From Eledone cirrhosa (taxonomy: Eukaryota), in NCBI GenBank assembly GCA_964016885.1, contig OZ024744.1:38812001-38876000 (forward strand): a stretch of DNA of 64,000 nucleotides. Direction: 5' to 3'. The notes beneath the pieces were generated by a model, which was not told where the DNA came from, did no database searches, and saw nothing but the letters and a program-made list of their open reading frames with translations. A program made the position numbers and the translations under genes. Of this stretch, positions 1-13,621 are shown piece by piece (the first letter of the stretch is position 1; every line of letters begins with the position of its first letter).

Positions 1-117
1 ATATACATATATACATATATACACATATACATATATATATATATATACACCCACCCACACCCACACATGTGTATACGTACTCATACAAGCATACATACAC
101 TAACAAATATACATGCA

Positions 118-151
<34 letters not shown>

Positions 152-316
152 CGAGAATCGTAGAAATGCTGGCAAGCGCTCCAAGAGTTAAGAAAAACTA
201 GAGCTAAACAATATGTTAAAACGCCATACAAACTGAAAAGTGATCAAGAAGGCATTAACCGCCTTAGCCAAAAAACAAGTCAAGCTAAACAGGTCAAACA
301 AAATAAATGATATAAA

Positions 317-355
<39 letters not shown>

Positions 356-362
<7 letters not shown>

Positions 363-808
363 AAGTAAAATAAAAAGTCAAATGTTTAAAATTTACCTTC
401 GTTTATTACTGCTATATATATTTCGGTGACAGCCATCTTTGGCTGTGACCTCTTCAGGCAGTCCGAATTAGTGTGGTATAGACAAGTACATATGTTGTTA
501 AGGTGTATAATATTGTCAATACTCTGATATGCCCAGTTCCTGGTTGGGTTGTTATTTCACTGAGGAACTGGAATCATATGAAAGATATGATTCCAGTTCC
601 TCGGTGAAATAACAACCCAGCAAGGAACTGGGCATATCAGAGTATTGACAATATTATACACCTTAACAACATATGTACTTCTCTATACCACACTAATTCG
701 GACTGCCTGAAGAGGTCACAGCCAAAGATGGCTGTCACCGAAATATATATAGCAGTAATAAACGAAGGTAAATTTTAAACATTTGACTTTTTATTTTACT
801 TTATTTTA
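356..808. repeat. Near-perfect palindrome (about 224-bp arms, GAAAG loop at 580-584) of a Penelope-like pseudo-LTR
   Basis: Arms are reverse complements with about 4 mismatches; begins at a (TA)n tract; hammerhead motif in each arm. Confidence 0.95.
702..756 (+). ncRNA. Type I hammerhead ribozyme, family A (mirror copy at 408-462, - strand)
   Basis: actgc-CTGAAGA-ggtcacagcca/tggctgtcacc-GAAA-tatata-TA-gcagt: stem I, core boxes, stem II, palindromic stem III; AATAAA follows. Confidence 0.85.
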
Positions 809-899
809 CATTACTCCGGAGTAACCAACCCAACCTGCGCACTTCGTTGAGTGCTCCAGCCTGCATACTGAGGTGTTGGTATACAACCAACATATGCTC

Positions 900-1520
<621 letters not shown>

Positions 1521-1525
1521 ATATA

Positions 1526-2640
1526 CTAGCAGCAGGACCCGGTGTTGCACGGGGTAGGAAACATGAAATAGCAACACGCATATGCAAAGATTGAGGAGTG
1601 TACTTTTTGAATTCCCTTATTCTCAGGGAATGATTGTTTATCTACTGGAAACGTAGAACACCAACAGGCAAAATCCAGTAGTAGCGGTGTCAGTGGGCTG
1701 ATTGCGGAAATCCTGTATGCGAAAGGTGTAAGTAAGTTTCGTGGGGCGGTGTATGTCGTAAGTCTGTTCACGAATTACGTCACAGATGGGGAACACACGT
1801 CAGTCTGATGGAGTGATTGTGTGAAAACCAAGTAGGCATGAACGTTTAAGTAGGGATATTGGGAGGAGGAAATCAGCGTGGCAACGCAGCTGCAGCAGAA
1901 GGGGGTCATAGTGCTATAAGCACAAACACTAGGCGGCACTGGTTGCACTGCATTTTCACAGCAACAAAAGTGCGACAAAAGGGGTCACTGCGGAATTAGC
2001 ACAACCGCTGTTCAGCGTACTTGCGCAGGATGTTCATACTGCAGTGTAGGTGCAACAAAAGGGGTCTTAGTAGAAGTAGCACAGACGTGAGTTTTATTGT
2101 GTCAATAACACGGCAACGTACACAGGGTCCGGATTTGTGCGTGATGAAAGCACGAAGCGTCAACAGGGTGCCGACAAATATTTTAAGGTCCTCCTCATTT
2201 CCTCAACCCCACGAATATGGTCCTGCTTAAAAGTAAGTAAGTGCTGTGTCCTCTTTTTGTGTGTCCAAATTTTTTAACGAAATATTATACGTTACTTACG
2301 ATGTTTAAGTAGCGTTTATATTGAAAATGCTAATTCGTAAATTTCCTAGAAACCCTTAATGGAATCGGAAATCTTTTTGTCCACACTAATGTGTGCTGCA
2401 AATTTCGAGGAAATCGGTTGGATTATCTTTAAGTAACGCCTCAAAAGAGACTAAAAATGCCTTTAAAATGTGGCTTTTCGCCTAATGCGGACCCTAGGGT
2501 AGAAAAAGTTCACATTCTTTTAGCCCATTGCACTTCAAGAAATATAAGTAACGTATGTGTAAAGTTTGAAAAAAGTCGGTTGGGTACTTCTCGAGTTTTA
2601 GGGATTTACACAGACAGACATCCTCTGTTATATATATATA
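1526..2640 (-). mobile_element. Non-autonomous Helitron-like element
   Basis: Minus-strand 3' end cccgtgcaacaccggg hairpin followed by CTAG (1526-1553); 5' end tatatatataacagaggatgtctgtctgt; no coding capacity. Confidence 0.6.
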
Positions 2641-2745
2641 TATACGTCCAACTCTTGCTAGCAGGGAAAGTGGACATTTAAAACAACAACCTGAAAATTT
2701 TATATAGACTTTAGTCTATTTCCATGCCAGTATGGATTGAATGTG

Positions 2746-2792
2746 TGTCACTGATGAAAGATTAACAAATCTTGAAACAACACTGCCTGGCA
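2746..2792 (+). ncRNA. Degenerate hammerhead motif
   Basis: tgtca-CTGATGA-aagatt(aaca)aatctt-GAAAc...gcc-tggca; cleavage triplet appears mutated (GCC). Confidence 0.45.
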
Positions 2793-3588
2793 TCCTTGAG
2801 TGGACTGGCAACTCTGTTATATATTATTAGAGGAAAATAGAGACAAATAAATTGCTTTGTTACGAAAAATAATTTTCTTTGATAGCAAGTCTACTAAAAT
2901 GAACATGTTTTCATCTGCACCCCTATAATGCTTAAAAACGTAAGATAGAAATCTGATTTTATTTTATTGCTCTCTCTCCCTCTCTTTTTCTTGCTCTATC
3001 TCTCCTCTCTCTCTTACTTGCTGTCTTTCTCCCACTTCTACTTATTCGATTGTTTACTTTCAACTACTCCCAGTATGTGAGTGGCCAGAAGTAAGTAAAA
3101 GTTTGAGAAACTTGTTGAAACTATAAAACGAATGAAATGGTAAAAATGCATTACATAATGGAGTTGTGAAACAAAAACTATATTTTAAACGACACTTAAA
3201 ACATTTTAAACATCAAAATATTAAAACTTCATAAATATATACTCATGAGTATTTCAAAACCACACCATCAAAACATAATGTGTTGATTTGCTACCTCAGC
3301 TTATAAAAGGGTTTTCCATTTTTGCCCATTTCTCAGGCATAAAATAGGAGTTTAGATTATATTTAGATCAGTTGATATTTGAGTATATATGGTAATGTCT
3401 CTGTTATCTCTAATTTAGGGAAAAGAAAAAAATAGAGAGGATAACAAAATATTATCAAATTCTGGATATCACTATATATAATTACCACATTGCTCTAGAT
3501 TCAGCAACCCTAGAAAAAAGAAAAAGATGTACCATTATATTAATGACATTCTGTTTCTATTTCAAATGACATAAACTCATTAAGCTCG

Positions 3589-3686
<98 letters not shown>

Positions 3687-4071
3687 AAGAAATTAAAAGA
3701 TGGTTAAAAAAGTTCCATATATTTTATTATGCGCATTTTGAAAACAATATCATCCTGGGACAAAAATTGTGTTCTCATCAGATAAAATAAGGTAACATGA
3801 TATGAGGCCTAAAAACACTTGTCAACAGGAAAGTGCAAAGTCTACATATGACAGAAATATAGGAGTAAGAAAAAGATAGGAAAATAGAAGAAAAGGAAAG
3901 AAGAAGTAGAAAAAGGAAAAAGAAAGTGAAGAGAGGAAAAAAGGAAAAAAGAAAGAAGGAAGAGAGAGAAAGAGAAAGAGAGAGACTTTTGATCAGGAAC
4001 GCTGTCAAAATGAAACAAGCTGTAAATAACGGTTAAAAAGTAAATTGATGAGGTGTATGTGCGATAAAATA

Positions 4072-4330
4072 TAGGGGTCGATAAAATAAAGTACCAGTAA
4101 TGCACTGGAAATTGCTGGCCTTGTGCCCAAACCTAGAAACAATTATAGATGGTATTCAAATATTAGAGGTCTAAAATATAAAAACTGGGTATATTATTTT
4201 ATATTGGGTTAACTTTGCCTGGGTTAACGAGGTTAACTTCGCCTTTCATTCTTACGGGGTCGATAAAATAAAGTACCAGTAATGTACTGGTTAATTGCTG
4301 GCCTTGTGCCGAAAGTAGAAACAATTATTT
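4072..4330 (+). mobile_element. Two tandem 3' fragments of a Nin-domain SINE
   Basis: gcctttcattcttacggggtcgataaaataaagtaccagt (Nin-like central domain) plus shared tail gctggccttgtgcc...agaaacaattat, present twice. Confidence 0.7.
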
Positions 4331-4840
4331 TATATTGGGTTTAAATACTAAAAATTGGATTAAGAAGTGTAAAAATGTATTAATAAAATAAAATTTAAAA
4401 AATTAAATTAAATTAAAATAAGTATAAAAAGATTTTTATAAAATAAAATTAAATTAAAAAATAAAAATAGTCTATCTATGTCAAAATTAAAAATTTCTAT
4501 TAAAAATCTATATATGTGGGGTATACTATTTAATTTTTATTTTATATCAAGAAGTAAATAAAGGAAATTGCGAGAATGATTTATAAACGTAGAAAAACAT
4601 TGGACGTCATAATTTGTTTACAAAATCAACGAAGGTTTGAACGAAAATCTAAGGCTATCGAAAAAAGGTCAAAGGCTTAATATATAATGAGAAGCTGAAT
4701 TAATACATTGTAGAATATATTGAAATATGTGTAAAAAAAATATGTGTAAAAAATTAACCGTTATTCGTGGAATATGTTATCGGACATATACTTTGTTATC
4801 GGCTCTATACTTTGTGAAAGTATATATATATATATATATA

Positions 4841-5254
4841 TATACAATATATTAACAAATGGAAACTATATTTATAAAACCATATTTATTTTATTATACA
4901 TATTTCAAGGGCCACCAAGACAAATTATGGTGCGCTTTCATCAGATAAAATACAATACAGATTTGTTTTATAAATAAATATTGACATACCCTGAAAGAAG
5001 ACAACCTTAACGGTTGGATCTTCCTGGATAGTGGAGATATTACATTAAATGTAATATCTCCACTATCCAGGAAGATCCAACCGTTAAGGTTGTCTTCTTT
5101 CAGGGTATGTCAATATTTATTTATAAAACAAATCTGTATTGTAATTTATCTGATGAAAGCGCACCATAATTTGCCTTGGTGGCCCTTGAAATATGTATAA
5201 TAAAATAAATATGGTTTTATAAATATAGTTTCCATTTGTTAATATATTGTATAT
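4841..5254. repeat. Near-perfect palindrome (about 206-bp arms, centre 5047) of a Penelope-like pseudo-LTR
   Basis: Reverse-complement arms with very few mismatches, 1-nt loop, (TA)n on the left. Confidence 0.95.
5145..5204 (+). ncRNA. Type I hammerhead ribozyme, family B (mirror copy at 4890-4949, - strand)
   Basis: tttat-CTGATGA-aag..cacca/tggtg..ctt-GAAA-tatgta-TA-ataaa. Confidence 0.8.
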
Positions 5255-5371
5255 TTACTCCACTTATCTGTTGAGTACTTTATATGAGTTATAAAAATGT
5301 TTAAGCTTGTTGAATCCCAAAAAATTAAATATAACCTCTGCATATATATATATATATTATATATATATATA

Positions 5372-6747
5372 TAAATATAAGTATGTATGCGTACATACAT
5401 ATATGTATACAGACGTACAGTAGTATGTATATATATACATACATGCACACATATATATATATGTACGTATGGATTTACCGAACATTTATTATAATGCTCG
5501 GTGTGTTTGTAAACAAACATCCCGAATTAAGCAGTACAGTGTTTAGCAACCATCGTTGCCCTTTTGTTCAACACTGACAAAGGAACGATGTACTAGTTTT
5601 CAAGCTTATTAGCTATCGTCAGCAGCGTATACCTTCCTGCCAGATGGTTGAACGTCTGAAAGTATATACTTTCCTTATGCATATTAACGGCTGAGCAGCC
5701 TAATTTGCATATCGAGTGAGTTAATCGGCCGGGCGCACCGAAAACGATAAACGGAAAAAATGAAACGAAATTTCATTTCTCACTCTTAGTACGGCTGTTA
5801 CTTAAATATAAGTATGTATACGTACATACATATATGTATACAAACGCACAGTAGTATGTATATATATACATACATGCACATATATATATATATATATATG
5901 TACGTATGGATTTACCGAACATTAATTATAATGCTCGGTGTGTTTGTAAACAAACATCCCGAATTAAGCCGTACAGTGTTTAGCAACCATCGTTGCCCTT
6001 TTGTTCAACGCTGACAAAGGAACGATGTACTAGTTTCAAGCTTATTAGCTATCGTCAGCACCGTATACCTTCCTGCCAGATGATTAAACGTCTGAAAGTA
6101 TATACTTTCCTTATGCATATTAACGGCTGAGCAGCTTAATTTGCATATCGAGTGAGTTAATAGGCCGGGCGCACCAAAAACGATAAACGTACGTATATAT
6201 ATACATACTACTGTACGTCTGTATAGATATATGTATGTACGTATACATACTTATATTTAAGTAACAGCCGAACTAAGAGTGAGAAATGAAATTTCGTTTC
6301 ATTTTTTCCGTTTATCGTTTTCGGTGCGCCCGGCCGATTAACTCACTCGATATGCAAATTAGGCTGCTCAGCCGTTAATATGCATAAGGAAAGTATATAC
6401 TTTCAGACGTTCAATCATCTGGCAGGAAGGTATACGGTGCTGACGATAGCTAATAAACTTGAAACTAATGCATCGTTCCTTTGTCAGTGTTGAACAAAAG
6501 GGCAACGATGGTTGCTAAACACTGTACGGCTTAATTCGGGATGTTTGTTTACAAACACACCGAGCATTATAATAAATGTTCGGTAAATCCATACGTACAT
6601 ATATATATATATATATATGTGTGCATGTATGTATATATATACATACTACTGTATGTCTGTATACATATATTATGTACGTATACATACTTATATTTAAGTA
6701 ACAGCCGTACTAAGAGTGAGAGATGAAATTTCGTTTCATATTTTCCG

Positions 6748-6750
<3 letters not shown>
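5372..6750. repeat. About 437-bp unit: two tandem copies (second incomplete) followed by about 1.3 inverted copies
   Basis: Units start at about 5372 and 5803; orientation flips at about 6190; high identity; (TA)n at both ends. Confidence 0.92.
6022..6064 (-). ncRNA. Minimal type I hammerhead, family C (other copies 5585-5628 -, 6434-6476 +)
   Basis: acggtg-CTGACGA-tagct(aata)agctt-GAAA-ctag-TA-catcgt; palindromic ACTAGT stem III. Confidence 0.8.
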
Positions 6751-6793
<43 letters not shown>

Positions 6794-7029
6794 TAACAGA
6801 TTAACGATTAAGAAAAGATTCGCTGCTTAAAGGTGAAAGCAATGATTCATTGCTTAAACTTTAATCTGTTATTTTAATAAATATTATAGCATCTACTTAT
6901 TCTGACAAGAATCGAAATATCTAATTGTCTGCAAGTGGTGGAAATTTGTTAACGTCTGTGCGTTCTATAAAAGGGAATAACTCGTCTTTCATCTCTATTT
7001 ATACATTTGAACTGAAAAATTAATGTAAT

Positions 7030-7215
7030 ACAAATTCGATTTTTGCACTTGGCGTGCGTCGATTTGAAAATTTTTTTACCGATGTCTCCACCGGACCTTC
7101 ATCTATAAGTGTAGCAATTTCACCGAAATTTGAGCGTACGGTTTAAGAGATGTGTGCCGACCGTTTTAGTAGACAGACACACAGACAGACAGACAACCTG
7201 TTTTATATATATAGA
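7030..7215 (-). mobile_element. Helitron-like 5' terminal fragment
   Basis: Minus strand starts TCtatatatataaaacaggttgtctgtctgtctg, same style as the 5' end at about 2640; left boundary approximate. Confidence 0.45.
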
Positions 7216-8810
7216 TATATGTAGGTGTGTGTGCGTGGGTGGGTGTGTATATATGAATGTGTATATATGTGTGTCTATTTGTGTATATATATATGTATGT
7301 ATATGTATATATATATATGTATATATATATGTGTGTGTGTGTAGATATGTGTATGTGTAGATATATGTATATCTCTTTATGCATGTGCAACTCTATATGT
7401 GTACATATAGATGTATGTATGTATACATCATTTTGGAAGGGTAGCAATGCTGGGTTATTATAAATTTTTAACCAAAATTTATCCTGTTTGTTGTCCGCTT
7501 TTCCCTGATTATCGAAATAAGAGGTACGCCAACGAAACCTTTTAATGAACGAGTCTGTTTTCTGTATCAGGAGTTTGAGGTATTTCTTCTTGCTTGGTTC
7601 GGGTATGTTTTTTGTAATTCAGATGTTGTTTCTGCATGATGAATAGAGTGCTCAACCGAGCCAAATAGTAATAATGATAGATGTGAAGACTAAAATGCAA
7701 AGGGACTCGATAAGGATAAATATATATCAAATATATAAGAACCCTAGAGTAAATATGTATTAAAATAGCAGATTAAAGTTTAAGCAAATAATCACTGTTT
7801 TCACCCTTAACGGGATCTTCTGAAATTAAAAAAATCAATCTGTGAACCCAGAAGTAAATATTTCGAAAACCGTTGCAGTCGAAGGAAAACAGGAAGACGA
7901 TGCTTTGGTTTGTGAAGACGTTCTCTGGCAATAAACGGAAAAAAGCTAAGATAATACAATTACACGCAAAGACAAAACCACGTTGATGGTATAAATGAAG
8001 TCGTAGACAAATATTCTATTTAGGAAACCGAATGATTCTCGACTTCATAGTTAAGAATAAAGTAAATAAACTAGTAGAACGAAAATGACAGAGGTTATTA
8101 AAAACAATAATAATTAAATATATACATACACGCATCCATATACGTACATACACGTGCAAACGCGAAAACACCCGCCAGGCATGCATAAACATGCACGTAC
8201 ACATAAACACGCACACACATACAGAAACGCGCACGACAAATGTACCCGCACACATAGGAACGTATACATAAAATACACAAAAAATATATATATATGTGTG
8301 TATGTGTGTATACAAATGATTATATAAACGGATATAAATATACACACATAAAAACGTATATAACGCACGCACACACATACCTACAGGTAATAAACATATG
8401 TTCACCAAACGAACGTCAACCAAAACACAATGTACACATATAAACACCTTACATACGTACAAACACGCATACACGCATACACACACAAACACAAAATACA
8501 CATATACACATAAACACATTGTGAGTATTTTGAGCAAAAGATATTTTGAATTTTCAATGCCCTTGGGACCGCATTAGGCGATTTAGCAATCTCTCTCTAA
8601 ATTCTTAGTCGTCTTTCTTTTTAGATAGATACATAGATATAACGTTGCGCCCTTATAATATCTGTCTGTATGTCTGCTGTCTGCATTGCGAAATTATTAC
8701 GCTATATGTGTGTGTATATATGTATATATAGTGTGTGTGTATATATATATATATATAGTGTGTAACGTTTTTCGAAATATTTACTTCTGCGTTCACAGAT
8801 TGATTTTTTT

Positions 8811-8861
8811 AGTTTCAGAAGATCCCGTTACGGGTGAAAGCAACGATTCTTTGCTTAAACT
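8811..8861 (+). ncRNA. Hammerhead-like motif with CAGAAGA core, family D (also 7777-7827 -, 10025-10075 -, 12155-12205 -)
   Basis: agttt-CAGAAGA-tccc/gggt-GAAA-gca..tgc-TT-aaact, with stem I extended by cagatt/aatctg. Confidence 0.65.
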
Positions 8862-8980
8862 TGAATCTGTTATTTTAATAACTCTAGGGTACTTATATAT
8901 TTGATATATATTTATCCTTATCGAGCCCTCTTTGGAGTTTAGTCTTCACATTTATTATTATTACTATATATATATAAATA

Positions 8981-9125
<145 letters not shown>

Positions 9126-9252
9126 GTATTATGTATATATGTATGTATGTATGTGTGTGTGCATACGTATATTTTACATTTCCTTAGACTTCAAAACATT
9201 TATGATGATTTGTTTTAACCAGTTCATATATTTGTTATATATATATATATAT

Positions 9253-9567
9253 AACGAAGAAAATGTGGTAATGAACCAGGTGGACCATAACGCACCAAAG
9301 TACTCAATACTTAGAGTAGTAGAGTGGGTAATAGGAATTATATATAGGAACGAGTAGGACCCCGACGGCTGAGCTCAAGCCGTTTCGACGGCTAATTCTG
9401 GACTAATTAGTCGAGAATTAGCCGTCGAAACGGCTTGAGCTCAGCCGTCGGGGTCCTACTCGTTCCTATTACCCACTCTACTACATTAAGTATTACTCTA
9501 CTACCCTAAGTATTGAGTACTTTGGTGCGTTATGGTCCACCTGGTTCCTTACCACATTTCCTTCGTT
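9253..9567. repeat. TA-bounded palindrome of repeat family F (centre about 9406)
   Basis: Inverted arms with small internal duplications; relatives at 12672-12815, 16870-17050, 45668-46043 and 47970-48025. Confidence 0.9.
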
Positions 9568-9971
9568 ATATATATATATATATATAAGCAAAAGGGATAG
9601 TCAATTTGTTGATAATTCAAAATAAATGCTTATAACTGATTCAGAAAATTTATCTGATGAGTGCGTACCAAAGTTTTGGAACCCTTGAATTCTAAACTAT
9701 AATAAAGGAAGGTCTGCGGGATTGCGTACGGTTTTTGTTATCCCGTTTGTAAAATAAGTTGGATTACTTTAAATAAATAATGAATGAATATTACATAATT
9801 TATCTACTTAATTTCGTAAACAAAAATAATTTTGTAAAAATAAATAATTTATAATTGACTTCTTTTCAAAGTTACACTTCCGGTATATCGACTTTCTGCT
9901 AGTATATATATTAGAATAAATATGGTTTTATAAATATAGTTTCCATTTATTTAATATCATTGAATATATAT

Positions 9972-10004
<33 letters not shown>

Positions 10005-10122
10005 TTATTAAAATAACAGATTAAAGTTTAAGCAAAGAATCGCTGCTTTCACCCTTAACGGGATCTTCTGAAACTAACTTATCGAGCCCTCTTTGGATTT
10101 TAGTCTTCAAATTTATTATTAT

Positions 10123-10198
<76 letters not shown>

Positions 10199-10256
10199 GG
10201 CTACTTGATTAAATCTTAACCATTTAACATCTCAGGGTATGTAATGTATCCTTATA

Positions 10257-10307
10257 TTTTGTCTGATGAGGACGTACTGTTGTACATCCGAAATATGTAT
10301 AATAAAA
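10257..10307 (+). ncRNA. Type I hammerhead ribozyme, family B-related (degenerate relative at 9649-9706)
   Basis: ttttgt-CTGATGA-ggacgtac(tgtt)gtacatcc-GAAA-tatgta-TA-ataaaa. Confidence 0.8.
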
Positions 10308-10348
10308 CGTAATTGATCAAAAGAACATCTATTTTATTAATATTTGTA

Positions 10349-10421
<73 letters not shown>

Positions 10422-10429
10422 TCTTTTAA

Positions 10430-10985
10430 TAAATATATACATACAACAGGTCCGAACACAAAGGAACCGAACTCTCACTATTACTGCCTCCGTCCCTCCC
10501 GCTCTCCCCATCTCTCACTGTTATGATCAAATGGCAGTTCACGTGCTGGCCACCCCACGGCCCCAGCAGACAGAATAGAGAAAGTGTTTTCCCGGAGGAT
10601 AGTAAGGGAGACGCGTTGGAAAAGCCATTCCACTCGTGAGGCTCACATCTGCGGCTAGCCAACTCTGTGCCGATGGTGAAATCTAGGGAGGGGGTCCTAG
10701 GGCTAAGGACACAAGAAGTCTCCAATGTAAACCTGTTGGAGAGCGACCGATATTTGGAGAGTTTACCCTCCTCAGCCCGAAGTGCAGCACTGCCTGGGTT
10801 ACTCGCTGAATGCACCAGGTTGCCTTTGGGGAATCTGTCGCTACATGTGGCATACCAGATGAGGGAGTTACTAACGCGGATTGAGTACATGTTCATGCCG
10901 TCTGGGTTTTTTCCGTACCCTCAGTCCAGTCCCGCCGGCTCGAGCTGGGAGGGAAACCCTGCAACATCCAAGCCATGCTTTATAA
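10430..10985 (-). mobile_element. Degenerate 3' fragment of a CRE-clade non-LTR retrotransposon (RLE domain)
   Basis: LEPAGLD*GYGKNPDG...LIWYATCSD...AEEGKLSKY...ETS resembles the CRE endonuclease pattern EPxGL..DGKRPDG..WDxTCxDT..K..KY..ET. Confidence 0.65.
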
Positions 10986-11137
10986 CCTTGTTTCGTTTTG
11001 ATATTTTTTTATTTTTCAGTCTTCAGGTGGTTAGATTTTAATTACCACTGTGTAATGCCTAATGTAAAACTTTAACCTATTTTATTTTATTATTTACTTT
11101 ATTTATTTATTACTATTTACTTTATTTATTATTATTA

Positions 11138-11171
<34 letters not shown>

Positions 11172-11237
11172 CGTTGTTGTTGTTGTTGTTGTTTTTTATT
11201 ATTATTATTATTATCGTTGTTGTTGTTGTTGTTATTA

Positions 11238-11304
<67 letters not shown>

Positions 11305-11569
11305 CTTACATTTTACTTTGGGAAGTGTAATTGTGTCAGTATTTTAAGTATATAAACGTGGCTATGTTAAAAATTCCATTTTCAAAGCACCCAGGGTGTG
11401 TTTTAATTGTATCGCTGTTTCTTTGTTGATTGCATGTTTATTGTTCCTTTGGTATTGTTCATGTGTCTGACAATACTTTTAAACGTTAATCAATATTTCA
11501 AGAAGCTGCGAAGGAAGGGATTTGCTATAACTTAAATAATAAGTAATTTTTATAGGCAATCTGAGGACA

Positions 11570-11790
11570 ACAGAGTGGTAGAATCGGTAGAGAGTTGGAC
11601 AAATTACCTTACAGTATTTTGTTTAGGCTTTTTACCTTGTTTAGGCTTTTTACCTCGCCGAGGTCAACTTGGCTTTTCATCCTTCCGGAGCCAATAATAT
11701 AAAATACCCAATCAACTACAGAGGTCTATACAATAGACTTTCCCCTTTCTGCTAATTACTGATACTTACCCTAAATTATAAACCACTGTA
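11570..11790 (+). mobile_element. Nin-domain SINE
   Basis: tRNA A-box-like head tggtagaatcggtagag; gccgaggtcaacttggcttttcatccttccgg central domain. Confidence 0.65.
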
Positions 11791-11948
11791 GGCAAACCCC
11801 CAGTGCAATCAAGGATAAGATAGTAGAAACAAAATCAGAAACAAAAATAGCCTGTGGTATATTTTAGTTACGTTCCTTTAACTTTGTGAGGGTCAATAAA
11901 ATAGGTACCAGTCAAATACCGAGTCAAGCAAATCAACTACCCCCCACC

Positions 11949-12030
<82 letters not shown>

Positions 12031-12089
12031 GATTTATTTCGAATGAAACAGTTCTAGTCCTGTAGAAGCCATATCTATCTATCTATCTA

Positions 12090-12138
<49 letters not shown>

Positions 12139-12299
12139 TAAAATAACAGATTAAAGTTTAAGCAAAGAATCGCTGCTTTCACCCTTAACGGGATCTTCTG
12201 AAACTAACAAAGTCAATCTGTAAACGCAGAACTGGATATTTCAAAAAACGTTGCAACCGGAGGAAGACAGGAAGACGATACTTTGGTTCGTGGTAACGT

Positions 12300-12360
<61 letters not shown>

Positions 12361-13359
12361 TTGAGTATGTGTTGGTCAGTTAACGATACTTCAGTATGCA
12401 GGGTAGAGGACTCAAGCTAGTGAGCAGGTGGGTTTGTTTACTCTGGAGTAATTTAAAAACAGGTTCAACGGGTTAAAATTAACTTCGTTGATTCATATTC
12501 GGTGTAATATATATTTCAGTGATAACCATTATTCAACAACTATGACCTCTTCAGACAGCTAGAACTTGAACAGAAAAAAATAACCAATGATATGTCCAGT
12601 CCTGAAGTATGGTCTTGTTTTCTCAAAGAACTGAACTGGTGGCATATATATATATATATATATATATATAGCTAGTTCGGATCTAGCTGTCGAAACAGCC
12701 GGAGCTCAGCCGTCGGGGTCCTGACTCTTTTCCCTATTACCCACTTTGCTACCCTACGTATCGAGTACTCTGGTGCGTTATGGTCCACCTGGTTCCTTAC
12801 CACATTTTCTTCGTTATATATATATATATATATATATAACAAATATATGAACTGGTTAAAACAAATCATCATAAATGTTTTGAAGTCTAAGGAAATGTAA
12901 AATATACGTATGCACACACACATACATACATACATATATACGGTAGAGGAGACCACAATCATCATGAATGACGGTGACGGATGGAAATAACGTGTGGAAT
13001 CAGTGGGGCGTCCCATTGGATGACCGATGATAGGATCTCTCCTCTATACAGCCACCTACCAATGAAAATAGATTTGTTGCGACCATATTTCTCGAGATGT
13101 TTACAAACACGATACTTTATCTCGAGTTACAATTGGTAACCTGAGGAAAATTTGACTCTTCAGTTAAATTAAAACAATTTTAAGACTCTAATTAAGAAAT
13201 GAATTTTAAGTTGAAAACTTTACCATTATTCGTAGGTGTTTTTTTTTTATAGATTTAGTTTCTTTGGTGTTTATTTTCATGATGTTAATGTTAAATTAAT
13301 TTAAAGCTGCTAATCTTATGTAGTAAATGTTGTAAACATGACTATTAATCTTAAATTCA

Positions 13360-13542
13360 TATAATTGTTTCTACTTATGACACAAGACCAGCAATTATCC
13401 AGTTCATTACTGGTTCTTTATTTTATCGACCCCGTAAGGATGAAAGGCAAAGTTAACCTCGGTGGAATTTGAACTCAGTCCGTAAAGGGACCTAACTGAG
13501 CTGCAAAGCATGGCGTCCGACCCTCTACCGATACTGCCAATA
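13360..13542 (-). mobile_element. Nin-domain SINE (another fragment at about 15310-15410, -)
   Basis: Reverse complement: tggcagtatcggtagag...gagttcaaattccaccgaggttaactttgcctttcatccttacggggtcgataaaa. Confidence 0.75.
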
Positions 13543-13621
13543 ATGTATGTAATAAAATGTGTTGTATAAAAGGTTACTTACGTTAAATTAATATAAAGAC
13601 TGTTAATATAATGCAATAAAT

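Noticed and set aside
356-808. Palindromes as pure sequencing fold-back artefacts
   Set aside because: The arms carry substitutions or small duplications and sit specifically on ribozyme modules. Not fully excluded without reads.
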